Assembly: GCA_036172245.1 (NCBI GenBank)
Contig: JAYWIR010000022.1
Span: 1,302,001 to 1,366,000 of the forward strand
Direction of reading: 5' to 3'
Origin: Raillietiella orientalis
Lineage: Eukaryota
DNA length: 64,000 nt
Position numbers and translations under genes: made by a program. Of the stretch, positions 13,901-24,875 are shown one piece after another. Position 1 is the stretch's first letter, and every line of letters starts with the position of its first letter. The notes under the pieces are model-generated. The model did no database searches. It was not told where the DNA came from and saw only the letters and a program-made list of their open reading frames with translations.

Positions 13901-14851
13901 ATGACCCACTCACTGCACAAAACTAAGCAGTCCAAATGGTAAGCAACAAGTTTTAAAGTTGTGCTCCATGTTGATTTTAGTTTAAAAACATACGAGTGTG
14001 GTATCTGCCAAGCTGTATTTCACAGCCAACAAGCATGCCGCCTCCATAGTTATCATCATGTGAAAGACAAACCATTTAAGTGAGATAGATAGTTTCTACA
14101 GTGACTTTTTTAGTGCCAGATTGTAGGTGTACCACTGAAGGGTGTGGAAAGAGCTATGCACTACAGAGTCGCCTGCAGAGGCATTTGCTGACTCATAAAC
14201 TGCAGTATGCATGTGCTGTACAAAATTGCAACTTTGTCAGTAGCTCTTGGTTAGAATACAGGAAGCATCGTGCTCAAAGTCACAGTAAGTATAACAAGCT
14301 TCTATTACCACTATTTGCAGAGCATATATGTAATATTTGTGGCAAACAGTGTATCCGAGCACGACAATTACAGCTTCATCAAAAAACGCATGATGAAGAC
14401 AGAGAAATATTCTCATGTACATATGCTGATTGCAATCGTGTTTATCACTTTGAACGCAATTTAAGGCAGCATGTGCGTGTCTTCCATGAAGGTTTGCGAT
14501 ATAAATGCAATTACTTAGGTTGTAACAGACAACTCAGTTCCAAGGTATAACAGTTTGCAAAGGGATAGGTAATTTAGGGTTTTTATGTAGGCTAAATTGC
14601 AGGAACATGTAAACAAGCTTCATGGCAAACAGAAGCATACAAGCCACACTACCAAAAAGCCACGTAGCAAACGCAAGGATTTAGGGAAACCTCACAGAAG
14701 TATAGCAGAGGAGCTATCTGGAATTAAATTAGGACCAGCACTAAGCAGACAAGTTGCACAAAGAGCAAACATCCATACAGTAGATGTGCAAAAGATTGAA
14801 CTCCAATGGAATGAGGAGGAGGAGAATTGTCAGATGTTACAAATAATATGA
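13901..14851 (+). CDS. GTF3A: TFIIIA-like C2H2 zinc-finger protein with six fingers. Exons 13901-13938, 13981-14079, 14127-14284, 14321-14544, 14591-14851
   Basis: Fingers match TFIIIA F4-F9 in order: YECGIC..HSYHH, CTTEGCGKSYALQSRLQRH (F5 type), CAVQNCNFVSSSWLEYRKH (F6 with its diagnostic W), CNIC..HQKTH, CTYADCNRVYHFERNLRQHVRVFH (F8) and CNYLGC..HVNKLH. The basic tail KKPRSKRKD..RSIAEELSG resembles RSLASxLSG. The start codon is uncertain. Confidence 0.85.
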
Positions 14852-14867
14852 ATAAAAACTCTTGAAA

Positions 14868-15843
14868 TCAATTTTGATCTGATTTTTTTTGTGCACGCAA
14901 TATGTTTACAATTGTAGCATCAGAACGTTCTTGTGTTTTCATAATGAGTTCAGGAGTCATGCATTTTTTCAAATATTCAATCACCTATTGCAGAAATTTT
15001 TTTTCATGAGTTTATGCAATTTACTAACCAGAGACGGTTCCTTTCCTCGGATCTTTACTGTAAGTTCATGATCTTTATCAAGAAGTTTTTTCATCAGAGC
15101 TACTTTTGTTTCCAAGTCATGTGCTGATATTTGGGTTCGAATTTGAATTTCTTTCTTCTTCGTACTACTGCTAGAAAGTCTGATGTCAACATTCTTTACT
15201 AATTTATTTGTGCTCTGAATACCAACTTGCACCAACTAAAAGACTACATTGGGCTTCTTACCATCCTCAATGCTGCATTACCTTAAAAAATCCCTTCATG
15301 ATAGTCCATTTATGCACATCAACGTATTTCTTTCATCTGCATACTTTATTAGTGCATTCATGTTATTACAGATTTATCTACCAAAGAACTCCAGTGTACA
15401 ACATCAATATGGCTGAAGACGTTACCACTCTAGAACGCTAAAAACTGAAATGATAACTGATTACTAAAACGCTAGTCTCCTTGTTGTAACTTTCTTGTGG
15501 CTTCATACGCAATCGGTAATTAGTACAAGAATCTGAACGTAAATCCCTCGACACGCGTGATCATTTCAGAAATATTTTCACCAATGGCAAGTTAGGCACC
15601 AATGTATCACTACTGCACATGGTGAAGAAAACGCCCCAAACTGTGTAACTTTGCCGCAAATTTCTAACATGATCCACACCTCTCCAGAGTTTGTGTGCTG
15701 GCATGTTTTATCCCACTAAAGGACATACCAACAATTTTTTGTTCCTTTTTCCCTTGGCAATCTGGGTCAAAATCAGTAACCCCAATATGTATACATGTTT
15801 TTGCCATATGCAACACGGAACGCACACACCGAGGAAACGCCAT
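14868..15843 (-). CDS. MTIF3: Mitochondrial translation initiation factor 3. The 3' exons (~15235-15029 and 14984-14868) are well supported; the 5' exons are tentative (candidate ATG 15843, MAFPRCVRSVLHMAK)
   Basis: KKEIQIRTQISAHDLETKVALMKKLLDKDHELTVKIR matches the IF3 C-domain (cf. KELILSSNIGQHDLDTK). A 44-nt intron (15028-14985) leads to a final exon VIEYLKK...VNILRAQKKSDQN*. I could not assemble the N-terminal exons unambiguously. Confidence 0.75.
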
Positions 15844-16668
15844 GCACGCGAAACTGGTGTCAGCTTAGGTTTCCCAATCCAAGGTATCCGTTTTTTTAGT
15901 AAACGACCAGCATATTAATCAAAGGATTCTCATACATCAGAGATGCGAGCCCCCAAAATCCAACATGATGGCTTTTCGAATTCAGTTCTAAAAAGTCAGA
16001 AATTCCGACCATTAGAATGAATTGTATTTCGTTATTTAAAATTAAAGTCGGTTGGCTATACTACATATTCTTCATTAGAGTACACACTTCATGAATTAAA
16101 AACAAAATATGCACTTCCAAGCCATAAACTCGCGTTATTTGCCCATATATTTACTTCCAACAACTTTTTTTTGAAATGGGTTATTACGAGTGCAGGTATA
16201 ATAATTGAACATTGCGAATACCTAGTATCTATTAGGTTCCATTCCATTCCTCTACGAGTATTTACTTGAAAAGAAAACTTGAATTTCATTTCTGTAAGAC
16301 GAATTATTATTTTCTTTATTTCAAGAATTTCCCGGCTGTTAAAATGTATGTTTATATCAGTATTTCTCGAAGGTTACGCTTCAAAAGCACAATACACATT
16401 CCTGAAATATAGTAAACATTGGTTAATCTTTCCTTTTCAGCTTACCAACTTGTAATTAGAAAGCATTGAGAAACAAAGCATTTTGCAAAATGATGATGCA
16501 TCTTTAAAGTTGGGATTCCGCTTGCCAGTAAATTTGAAAATTTGCAAAGTGAAGACCACAACGCATTTCTACGTTTATGAGGTGGGAGCATGTATTTTTG
16601 CATGTTAGTAGCTTGTGCACAATTGCTGCTGGCAATTTTGCTGACATTTGTTCCATGTATCAGTACTC

Positions 16669-16726
16669 ATATCATCTGTTCCTATTTCAATGTCCATAAC
16701 ATCTGTTCCTGTTTCAACTTTCATAT
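16669..16726. repeat. Imperfect tandem duplication, ~27-bp unit x2 (CATA[T/A]CATCTGTTCCT[A/G]TTTCAA)
   Basis: Read directly from the sequence. Confidence 0.7.
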
Positions 16727-19079
16727 CTTAAAATGATCCACTACTTTCTCATGATGACGGATTGCTCCTCTCCCTCGTACAAAATTAATTTTACGTTATA
16801 AGGTTCCTGCGATTCCGTGTAAAGTTCATTAACCCAAACTCGCCATTGTGAATGTTTCCTTCATTGTGCCTACATCTCAACTGCACCAATTTCAAACAAG
16901 AATTTCGCGCAGCTCCTCCGCTTGCAGCTGCGAAAGAGATGAATCACAGACTCATTGAGGCACCGTTCCCTGACGAGCATTCCGTGGCGCGTTCTGGAAC
17001 TTGATTTCTTTGAAATTAAAATACGCAAATTTTCGTTTAATACATTCTAATAGATCAAATCTGTTAATCATCCTGAGAATAACTGCAACACTTAATGCAT
17101 ATATATGCTGAAGAAGAAGAGGACGTGCCGTCCTGATCGAACAAATAGCAAATCGAAAATAGCCGCAACCTAAAGGAGTGGTACTGTGAACCAAAAACAA
17201 GACAACGAGAATACAGAATAAAATCAAATTGCCATCTAGATATATTGGTGCAATCAGTCCCTTCAAATGCTTTCAGACCACGTGGAGAGCACATTAAACC
17301 AGTGAACTTTTAGCATTCCCATTTCTTCACAAAGAAAAAAAAATTTGCAATGCAGAATCTCAAGAGTGCATATTTCAAACCATGCTTAAGATTTTTAGTA
17401 AATTAAAGCATTAAGTGGAAGGTTGGAAACTCTCTGATTTGTAGTAGCCGTCTTTGTGAACGAGATAAACATCCAAAGGGGCAATAACAAGATCATTTCT
17501 ATATCTATCTTCGAAAGCACATAATCAATCATTGATCGTGCTGCTAAAATGGGTCATCCAGGGTCACAATTATGGAAAAATGGCACGATAAGTTTAAAAG
17601 AATGCTGTTATGTACTTAATTGCACGAAGGCCTCGATCAACATGAACAAAGATTAGTTTCTGGGCGCAAATTTTTAACTGAAGAAGCGAAATGAATTGGA
17701 AATGAATAACGGAAACATTCTGCATGGAAAAGATTCCTAGTGTATGCTATCCCGAGGTTTGATCCAAGATCAAAGGTATCGAACCTACACTGGAATCTCA
17801 GTACAACGAAGATAAAACTGACTGCTTCATTGATAGTATGATAGCAAAGGTTATTTTATCTGCTCGTTGATGAGATGTAGTGCATTACAGAATTGGGGGC
17901 ACGGGCAAAAATAATTTCGATTTCAAATCATTCTTTTGATTATGAAACACCGCTGTCATTTTTGGAGAGGCAAATCAACAAGTGATCTAAAATTCAGTGC
18001 TTCACCTATTGTGATAATTTATTCCCATACCATATAGCATTCTATAGTAATGTTTGTTTTTGTTTATTTCCCACCAAAGATAACTTGAAATTCTAAATTT
18101 CACGATCCAAAAATTTACTGCTTACATTTCATATTTACACATCCGCGTATTCCAGCTTTAATGCAGGAAATGACATTGATCATTTCTTTAAGCAGACAGA
18201 ATGTTACATATATGTAAACTGTAGCATACACCTGTGAGCAGGCTCATCGAAGTGAATCAGTTTTGCATAATTTTAGGAATGCAAATTGGTCGATAATATT
18301 AAAATGGACTGCCATGTATACAGTCCATGCCACAGGTTAATGAGTTCTCAGATGTTTCGTTTAAAATTGAACAGCAATGCATTGTTCACGCTTGCTATGT
18401 AATTCATGTCTTCGGATGACCTTTGTTTTGTTTTTAATTTTCATAATTTCACTGGGCAATTGAAATCTTCTCACAGCTACAGGAACACAGATAAAGTTCA
18501 TTTTTTTAAACTAATCTTAATGAAACATCCGATCTTTAAGCAATAACTGTAACTATAATAATACCAAAGAGAGGAGTCAGTATGCTCTCACTGAGTGATG
18601 GTCTTGGCGATGCCGAAAGTGTATACTTCAGTCAACTTTCCGGAATGTCTATGACCGCTATTGTTTTGCACTATGCATGGATCTGTTATACCGATATAAA
18701 CACATTCCAGTAATACTAAAATTGAGTGCACGTATTTGACACGCTGCACATTCATAGTAAAAAAGAAACGAAAACCACCAAATTGATGACTGGCTCAATA
18801 AATGCAACTGCTGTGATGCTGAATCGACTTTGGCAGGCAGTCTCCGTAACTGTTTTTAGTCTCGTGGAGCACTCGCAATGTTCCCAGGTGACGTTACTTT
18901 ATCGCCAACTTCACAGGCCGCAGAGGAATCCGGGGGAATTTTAATTAAGATTTCACTATCGCTTTCAGAGTTTGAATATTATAGTGCTGTACCTGTGAAA
19001 CACTCTAATAATTCTGAGTATATTGCTTTTAAGTTTCCAGTTTAAGTTGCCCAGTTTTCTTTGAAATATTTAATGTAAG

Positions 19080-19106
19080 GAGAAACAGTTTCTGAAACTG
19101 TTTCTC
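19080..19106. repeat. Perfect 13-bp inverted repeat with a 1-nt centre (GAGAAACAGTTTC-T-GAAACTGTTTCTC)
   Basis: Read directly. It ends 35 nt upstream of the ATG at 19142. Confidence 0.9.
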
Positions 19107-19141
19107 ATTTAATTGCTACATTCTAATTCAATTCAATATCC

Positions 19142-21491
19142 ATGGCAAAAATGTGCACTGGAATCAATATGAAGTATCTCATTATGAAGTGCCACTTTTA
19201 TTTATTTTTTGCTGGTATGTCTATAATTCTCAATAGTAAATCTATCATGCAAGGCATGGCAAAAACTGCCTGCAAGTTTTCAGATTGGTCAAGTGATTTC
19301 TAATCTTATAACAGAAAGAATTATAACGTAAACTACTAGAAAAATTATTCACCGAAACTGCATTGTATAGGAGATTCACATTCTGTAATTTTTGATGTGA
19401 AATAAAATGTATCTAACTGAAGAAAATCATGCTGCACTTTTCAAAGAATTTTGTTTTAGGTTCCGCCCCACTATTTACCTTCTTAACATTGGTTGCAAAA
19501 CAATTGGGACTGAATGAAGTTGCAGTTGGCATTTTATTTGGAACACTACCCATACTTGGTCTTATAAATAAGATTGTGTTTGGACTTTTGGCAGATCATT
19601 TTAAAGCTCATAAGTTGATTTTTCTAGTAGCTGTGCTAATTACTGCTTTACTACAATATGCCATACCTTTTTTACCACCCCTACCATTTACTGCCAGGAA
19701 CAGTCTCCACTGTGAAAATGGAAAAGCATTTGCATCCTTTATTGATCCTCCTCGTTATTTAAATGCAGATTTAGAGTGTTATTTGCAATGTTTTATACCT
19801 AAAGCTTCTTCACCAGATGATTGTGACCACAATCCTTACACAGAACAAATGACATTCATTGTGCAACTGCAAAATATTTCCCAAGCAGACTGCCATAATG
19901 ATACTGCATTATTTTTGCTGGCTTTCAAGGAGAAATATCCAGTCAGTTCTAGTAACTGTTTTCCCATTCCAGAAAATAGCAACTTTACTATATGTCCCTT
20001 TGAGAATTTAAACTGCTCCTTCACTTGCCCAGGAAGCCATCAGAAGATTCCAACAGCAGAAAATGCTGTATTTGAAATATCTACGTATGCATCAATTGAG
20101 TTTTTGTTATTGGTGTGTACTTTTTCCTTATTCTGGATGGCCATGGCTGTTGCTGTCAGTCTTGGGGATACTTTATGCATGGAGTTTGTTAGTAAGTTTA
20201 CTGGATAAATATGTCAAGTTAATATGCATTTCAGGTGATTCCTCTTTATATGGGAAACAGCGCTTGTTTGGTACATTAGGCTGGGGAACTAGTTCTATGT
20301 TGATAGGCTATCTCATCAACAAATACAGTTTCACTGCATGTCAGACAAATTACCTTCCAGCAGCTCTTTTGGGTGGCTCACTGCTTCTTGCTGACTTTAT
20401 CCTGTGTTGTGCGTATCTAAAGGTAATTATCATTACACTTAATGCAAGTCAATTTTCTCTAGATTCCAGAATTCAAAAGATCATCACATTCAATACAAAG
20501 TATGAGTCAGTTATTGTGTCAGGTGCCAGTCTTGACCATGTTTTTCCTCATTGTTGTTGTGGGAATAGGAACAAGTCTTATATGGCAATTTCTGTTCTGG
20601 TAAAAATAGTAAGTGTAGATGGAAAATCTAATGACTTTGCAGGTATGTTGATCACTTGACAGAAGCATGGAAAAGTAATTGGCAGAAACTTCTAGAAGGA
20701 CTTATAGTGGGAATACAGTGCATACTTGGAGAATTACCCTTTTTCTTCTTAGCAGGTATGTGAATTCCAACAAACAGGTGCAAATTTGATTCAAAAAGAA
20801 CAACATGATTTTTTTCTAAATCTCATGTTCCTTCAGGAAAATTTATCAAAATGCTTGGGCATCAAATGTGCATGACCTTAGTGCTCTTTGCTCTTGGAAT
20901 CCGATTTCTTTTGTATTCTGTGATATATAATCCATGGGTTGTACTTCCTGTTGAGATTTTACATGGTGTGTGTTTTGGTCTCTTCTATGCTACCATGGTA
21001 TCATTTTCCCACCATATTGCTACTGAAGGAAGTGCAGCCACAGTGCAGGGAATCAGTGGTGGACTATTTGAAGGTTTAGGTAAAAAAAACTCCTTTTTGT
21101 AGCTTTTGAGATTGAACTTTTATATCTCAAGGTGTGGCTGCTGGCAGCATGATTGCAGGAACTATGTTCAAAACACATGGAGACAGAGTCACTTTTTTCT
21201 GGTTTGGTGTTGCATTCCTTTTACTTGTATGCCTTCATTTATTGATACAATTAGCAAGAAGTCGTGTTTTCAAGCAAGGTAATTTTGATAGAAACATTGG
21301 CTTGCATGCAAAATATTGATAAAGGTTCAATTTTTTTAAAATATTAGTATCAAATTCCATGTTAAAGTAATACTTACCATACTAATATTTTTTAATTCCC
21401 AGAAAGAATACGCTCACTTTTCGTAGGATGGTTCAAGACAAGCCAAACTGGTAGTGATTCAACATTCGCGTGTATCCCTGAAGAAAAATGA
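19142..21491 (+). CDS. MFSD6-like major facilitator superfamily transporter, paralogue A. Exons 19142-19214, 19460-20191, 20235-20422, 20463-20599, 20643-20755, 20837-21079, 21132-21278, 21403-21491 (or an unspliced end at 21319)
   Basis: MKCHFYLFFAG-SAPLFTFLTLVAKQLGL, YGKQRLFGTLGWG, WQFLFWY, GELPFFFLAG and YNPWVVLPVEILHGVCFGLFY...ATVQG are MFSD6 / MFS_1_like motifs. It has a Cys-rich loop and frame-consistent introns. Confidence 0.92.
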
Positions 21492-22218
21492 TTTCTTCAA
21501 AGCAATAATTCTTTGTGTTTTAATTTCTCATTTGTTTTAATTTTAAGTCCCATTTAAAAAAAATACACTATTTAGTATTATTTTTTTGTGTGAACTATTG
21601 GTATTGTTTTCACATGGCACTATTGAGACAACAGTTTTACAAACCGAGAAAACTATTAAAAAGAATTATCTCGTAACAGTTGCAAGCGCATTATACAACG
21701 CTGCAAAAATGACATGCTGACACACCTACATCGGCTATTATTCAGGAATTCTTTAATGACTTGCTGCGATATTCCATTAATAATGGTGACGAAAAATCAT
21801 TAACATCAAGTCATTGATGCGAATACCTGAAATTGAAACTATTTGAATTTGATTAGGACCCGTACATACAATGTTGCGAGCTTCACACAGTGAACCTCGA
21901 ATTCAAGAACCTCCCATTGTGACCAGGAGAAGGACTATCAAAAATAAGAACAAACGCGTTAAACGAAAACTAATTAAAAGGCTTTTAATGCATGTTTCGT
22001 TAAACATGTCCTAAAAAACGACCTCGATGATATTCTTCTCCACTTATTAATTTTTCGTTTGCAGTCCCCTAGGTTCACGGGCGCACTCGGGGATTATCGT
22101 AGTGTGTGTGAACACTATGAAGGTCCACCTGGGGCTGATGAAGCCAACCTACTCGGATAAATTCATGATGTCTTGCTTAAGTTCTACGGCAAGTGTGCAA
22201 CCTAGTGATGAGGTAGCT

Positions 22219-22255
22219 CTACACTTTGATCTTAGCCAAAAGGCCGAGAAGTGAT
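22219..22255 (-). pseudogene. U2: U2 snRNA 5' fragment (nt 1-37), copy 1
   Basis: The reverse complement reads ATCACTTCTCGGCCTTTTGGCTAAGATCAAAGTGTAG, the U2 5' end with one mismatch at nt 4. No further U2 sequence (Sm site, 3' stems) follows. Confidence 0.93.
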
Positions 22256-22264
22256 GAGGTAGCT

Positions 22265-22301
22265 CTACACTTTGATCTTAGCCAAAAGGCCGAGAAGTGA
22301 T
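22265..22301 (-). pseudogene. U2: U2 snRNA 5' fragment (nt 1-37), copy 2
   Basis: Identical to copy 1, offset by 46 bp. Confidence 0.93.
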
Positions 22302-24875
22302 GAGGTAGCTCTACGTTTCCACTCGGAGCTTCTTGCGGTAGTACTGAAGTTCCCCATATTTATTTATGTCTTCATTCTCCGCTCCTAAGTTTCGTCTGTA
22401 GTCAGGCATCTTTTTTTTAAGGAAAGTTTTGTTTAAATGTGGTTCGGCAATTGGAGATGAAGACGAGCTTTTTAGGGGAGTTTGAATGTACACGCTGCAA
22501 ACGGTATATTATTATACACCATGAAGCTACAACTACTGGTAATGGAATAAGCAGGTTTTTTGCATTTTAATTACTGTAACATTACAAGATGCTCGAAGTT
22601 TTGATCTATAAAGCAACTGATATTTCACTAAAACATCTTTTCACTATTGATACCTAGCTCACAAACTTATGAGCTATGAGTGCTTATTTGCGTGCTGAAT
22701 CCAATCATTATCTTTATTTATTCACCATCTGCTATATATCCATTTGCGACACCTGAATACAAGATGCATTGCTATTTCAGTTTCGAGGAAAAAAGGGTTG
22801 CACACGAACTAGAACCTAATTATGGACTTTTTATTCACTTTTTCTTTAAACTTACCCGAAAAAGTGAATTCACTTTCGCATGTTTTTCGTACAGCCAGGC
22901 ACTATTTCCAGCTCATAATTATATCACGAATGCATGATTATATAAGTGACGATTTCATGTCACTTAATGATATTGTTCTGTATGTTGGTAGGAAGCCATA
23001 TTTTTTTGAATGTACGTAGGAAGTCTCAAAGTTATTTCTTAGTACTTTCTTTGGTATTGAAAACCGGAGGTACAATTAGGCAAGCTGTTTTCGTTTGTTT
23101 GAAATCAAGGTATAGAGCGGAATAGAGATCAGTATGCATTCAACAAAAGTACTTTAATAATTTTATAATTTTATGAATCATGAAATAATTTTCAACGATT
23201 TAATGCAATATGCGGTGGTCCTCATTATACACGATTCAGTTTCATACGTATTGCGTTCTGGAGTTGGCATTGGTACTCCTTTCGTTTCCTTTGATAGCAC
23301 TTAACATCCTGTTGATTATGATGTAAGCACTAACAAAATTCCTATGTCTGATTCTTTGAATTAATTTGGAACCTCTCATAGCAGAAGATTGTGTGCATTT
23401 TTCCCTCAAAATTCAATCAACAATGTGGTTGTTTGTCAGTATTCCACCTAGTGTCAGTGAATAAGTTTACTAATAAAAACGGGAAGATTAAAAAAAACAT
23501 ATTAGAAGAGGGGATTCCTAACATGATAGTAAAGGCGAGTTATGACCTTTAATTTGATCAATGGCTTGAATACAACTTTGTACCATGAGATCCACAATCT
23601 TCCTCGCAAGAGCGAAACACAAAGTATATCATCTTTGAAGTTTCCTTCCCCAGCAGGTCGCGCAGCGATGTGCTGACTAAAAGAAGCTTAAGGCCTCGAG
23701 AGAAATAATATTCGAGTGTGAGTGAAGTGAACTTGCTCACGTGTTGTATAAGAGTGCTTGTGGTTTGGTCATGTAGAAATACTTTCTAGTAGCAATCTCT
23801 TGAGACGAAAGCGGCTCATCCAGTCCACAGGGTTAGATGAGGCCAACGAAAAAGTTCATGTAGATCGAACGCAAAATGCTAAGAGCGGCAATGCACAACT
23901 TCTCACACAGTGAAGCACAACAGCAATACCCAGTTGAAACGGATTCCAGGACGAATCAAAGATTGAAAGCAATAGAAGAGACAGAAAGCAATAGAAAATA
24001 ATATAGAATATTGAGAGCAAGGGCATGGAAAACACTTCTGATTCCTCCTATTCTCATAACTAGTTTGCGATCTAAACATTCTAAGTTGAACACCCTAGAC
24101 TCGCACTTTAGTACATAATATGTTAGTTTAGTCCACCATAACGTTCACAAAGTCACAGCCGAATCCAAATCACAAGGCAAGCCATGAAAAATTCAGTGGC
24201 TTGCTTTCCCTTCTGTGCTACCAGATTTTAGGTGACACGACTCCGGTTTAACAAAACGAGGCATCGTAAGGGCATAGCACAACTTTACCGGCTGCATGGT
24301 GCCCTATGACAAGCATTACCCCGTTCCTTCATTCGTTAAGGTGGTAACATGAACCTTGTGGAGCCACCACGGAAATTGGCCCCCTGGAAGACATGCAAGT
24401 GCTTCATCTCGAGAGACCTTACAAGGATAGCGAGAAGAGCCAAGACTCTAGTTCTTTTTACGTCTCCGGGAGTGAGATCCTGGTCAGCCAATTATCCAAA
24501 GCATGTCCCGCAGGGCGAGATGCCTAATTTGGAAGCTCGATGCTGGGATCGTGGACACTTTTCCTACCAGAGAACCAGCAAACGGTTCCGTGCTTGTCCT
24601 CTCTAGACCACAAAGAGACAGTGGTGAACTGGAATGTAAGTCATGGTGCTGGTGACGATGACAACGATAGTGACAATCATGACATCTCTGTTTCCTAGCT
24701 AGATTAGTAAAGGGAGGAGAGGGTAACTTAGTGCGACCGCGTCGCTTCCCTGATTACTTCGGAGTCCAGATGTGCTCGTAGACTTGGAATTTGGCTCCAA
24801 TCGGGCGCACCTGATCCTGGAGAACCGCAGACTGCGTGTGTAGTATTGAAGTGATCCCCTACTCTCCCTTTTTAT

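Larger units (their letters stand above)
22205..22314. repeat. Perfect tandem repeat, 46-bp unit x2.4. Three 18-bp direct repeats GTGATGAGGTAGCTCTAC at 22205, 22251 and 22297
   Basis: Read directly from the sequence. Confidence 0.97.

Noticed and set aside
22120..22175. Hammerhead-ribozyme-like CTGATGA core
   Set aside because: No GAAA partner with a closing stem II, and no convincing stems I or III.
22209..22222. TGAGGTAG let-7 seed match
   Set aside because: The match stops after 8 nt and there is no precursor hairpin.
22219..22301. Functional U2 snRNA gene
   Set aside because: Only 37 of about 190 nt are present. The branch-site recognition sequence is cut and there is no Sm site.
22205..22314. 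CRISPR-like repeat-spacer-repeat pattern
   Set aside because: The two spacers are identical and are U2 snRNA sequence. Repeats are only 18 bp, there are no cas genes, and the context is eukaryotic.
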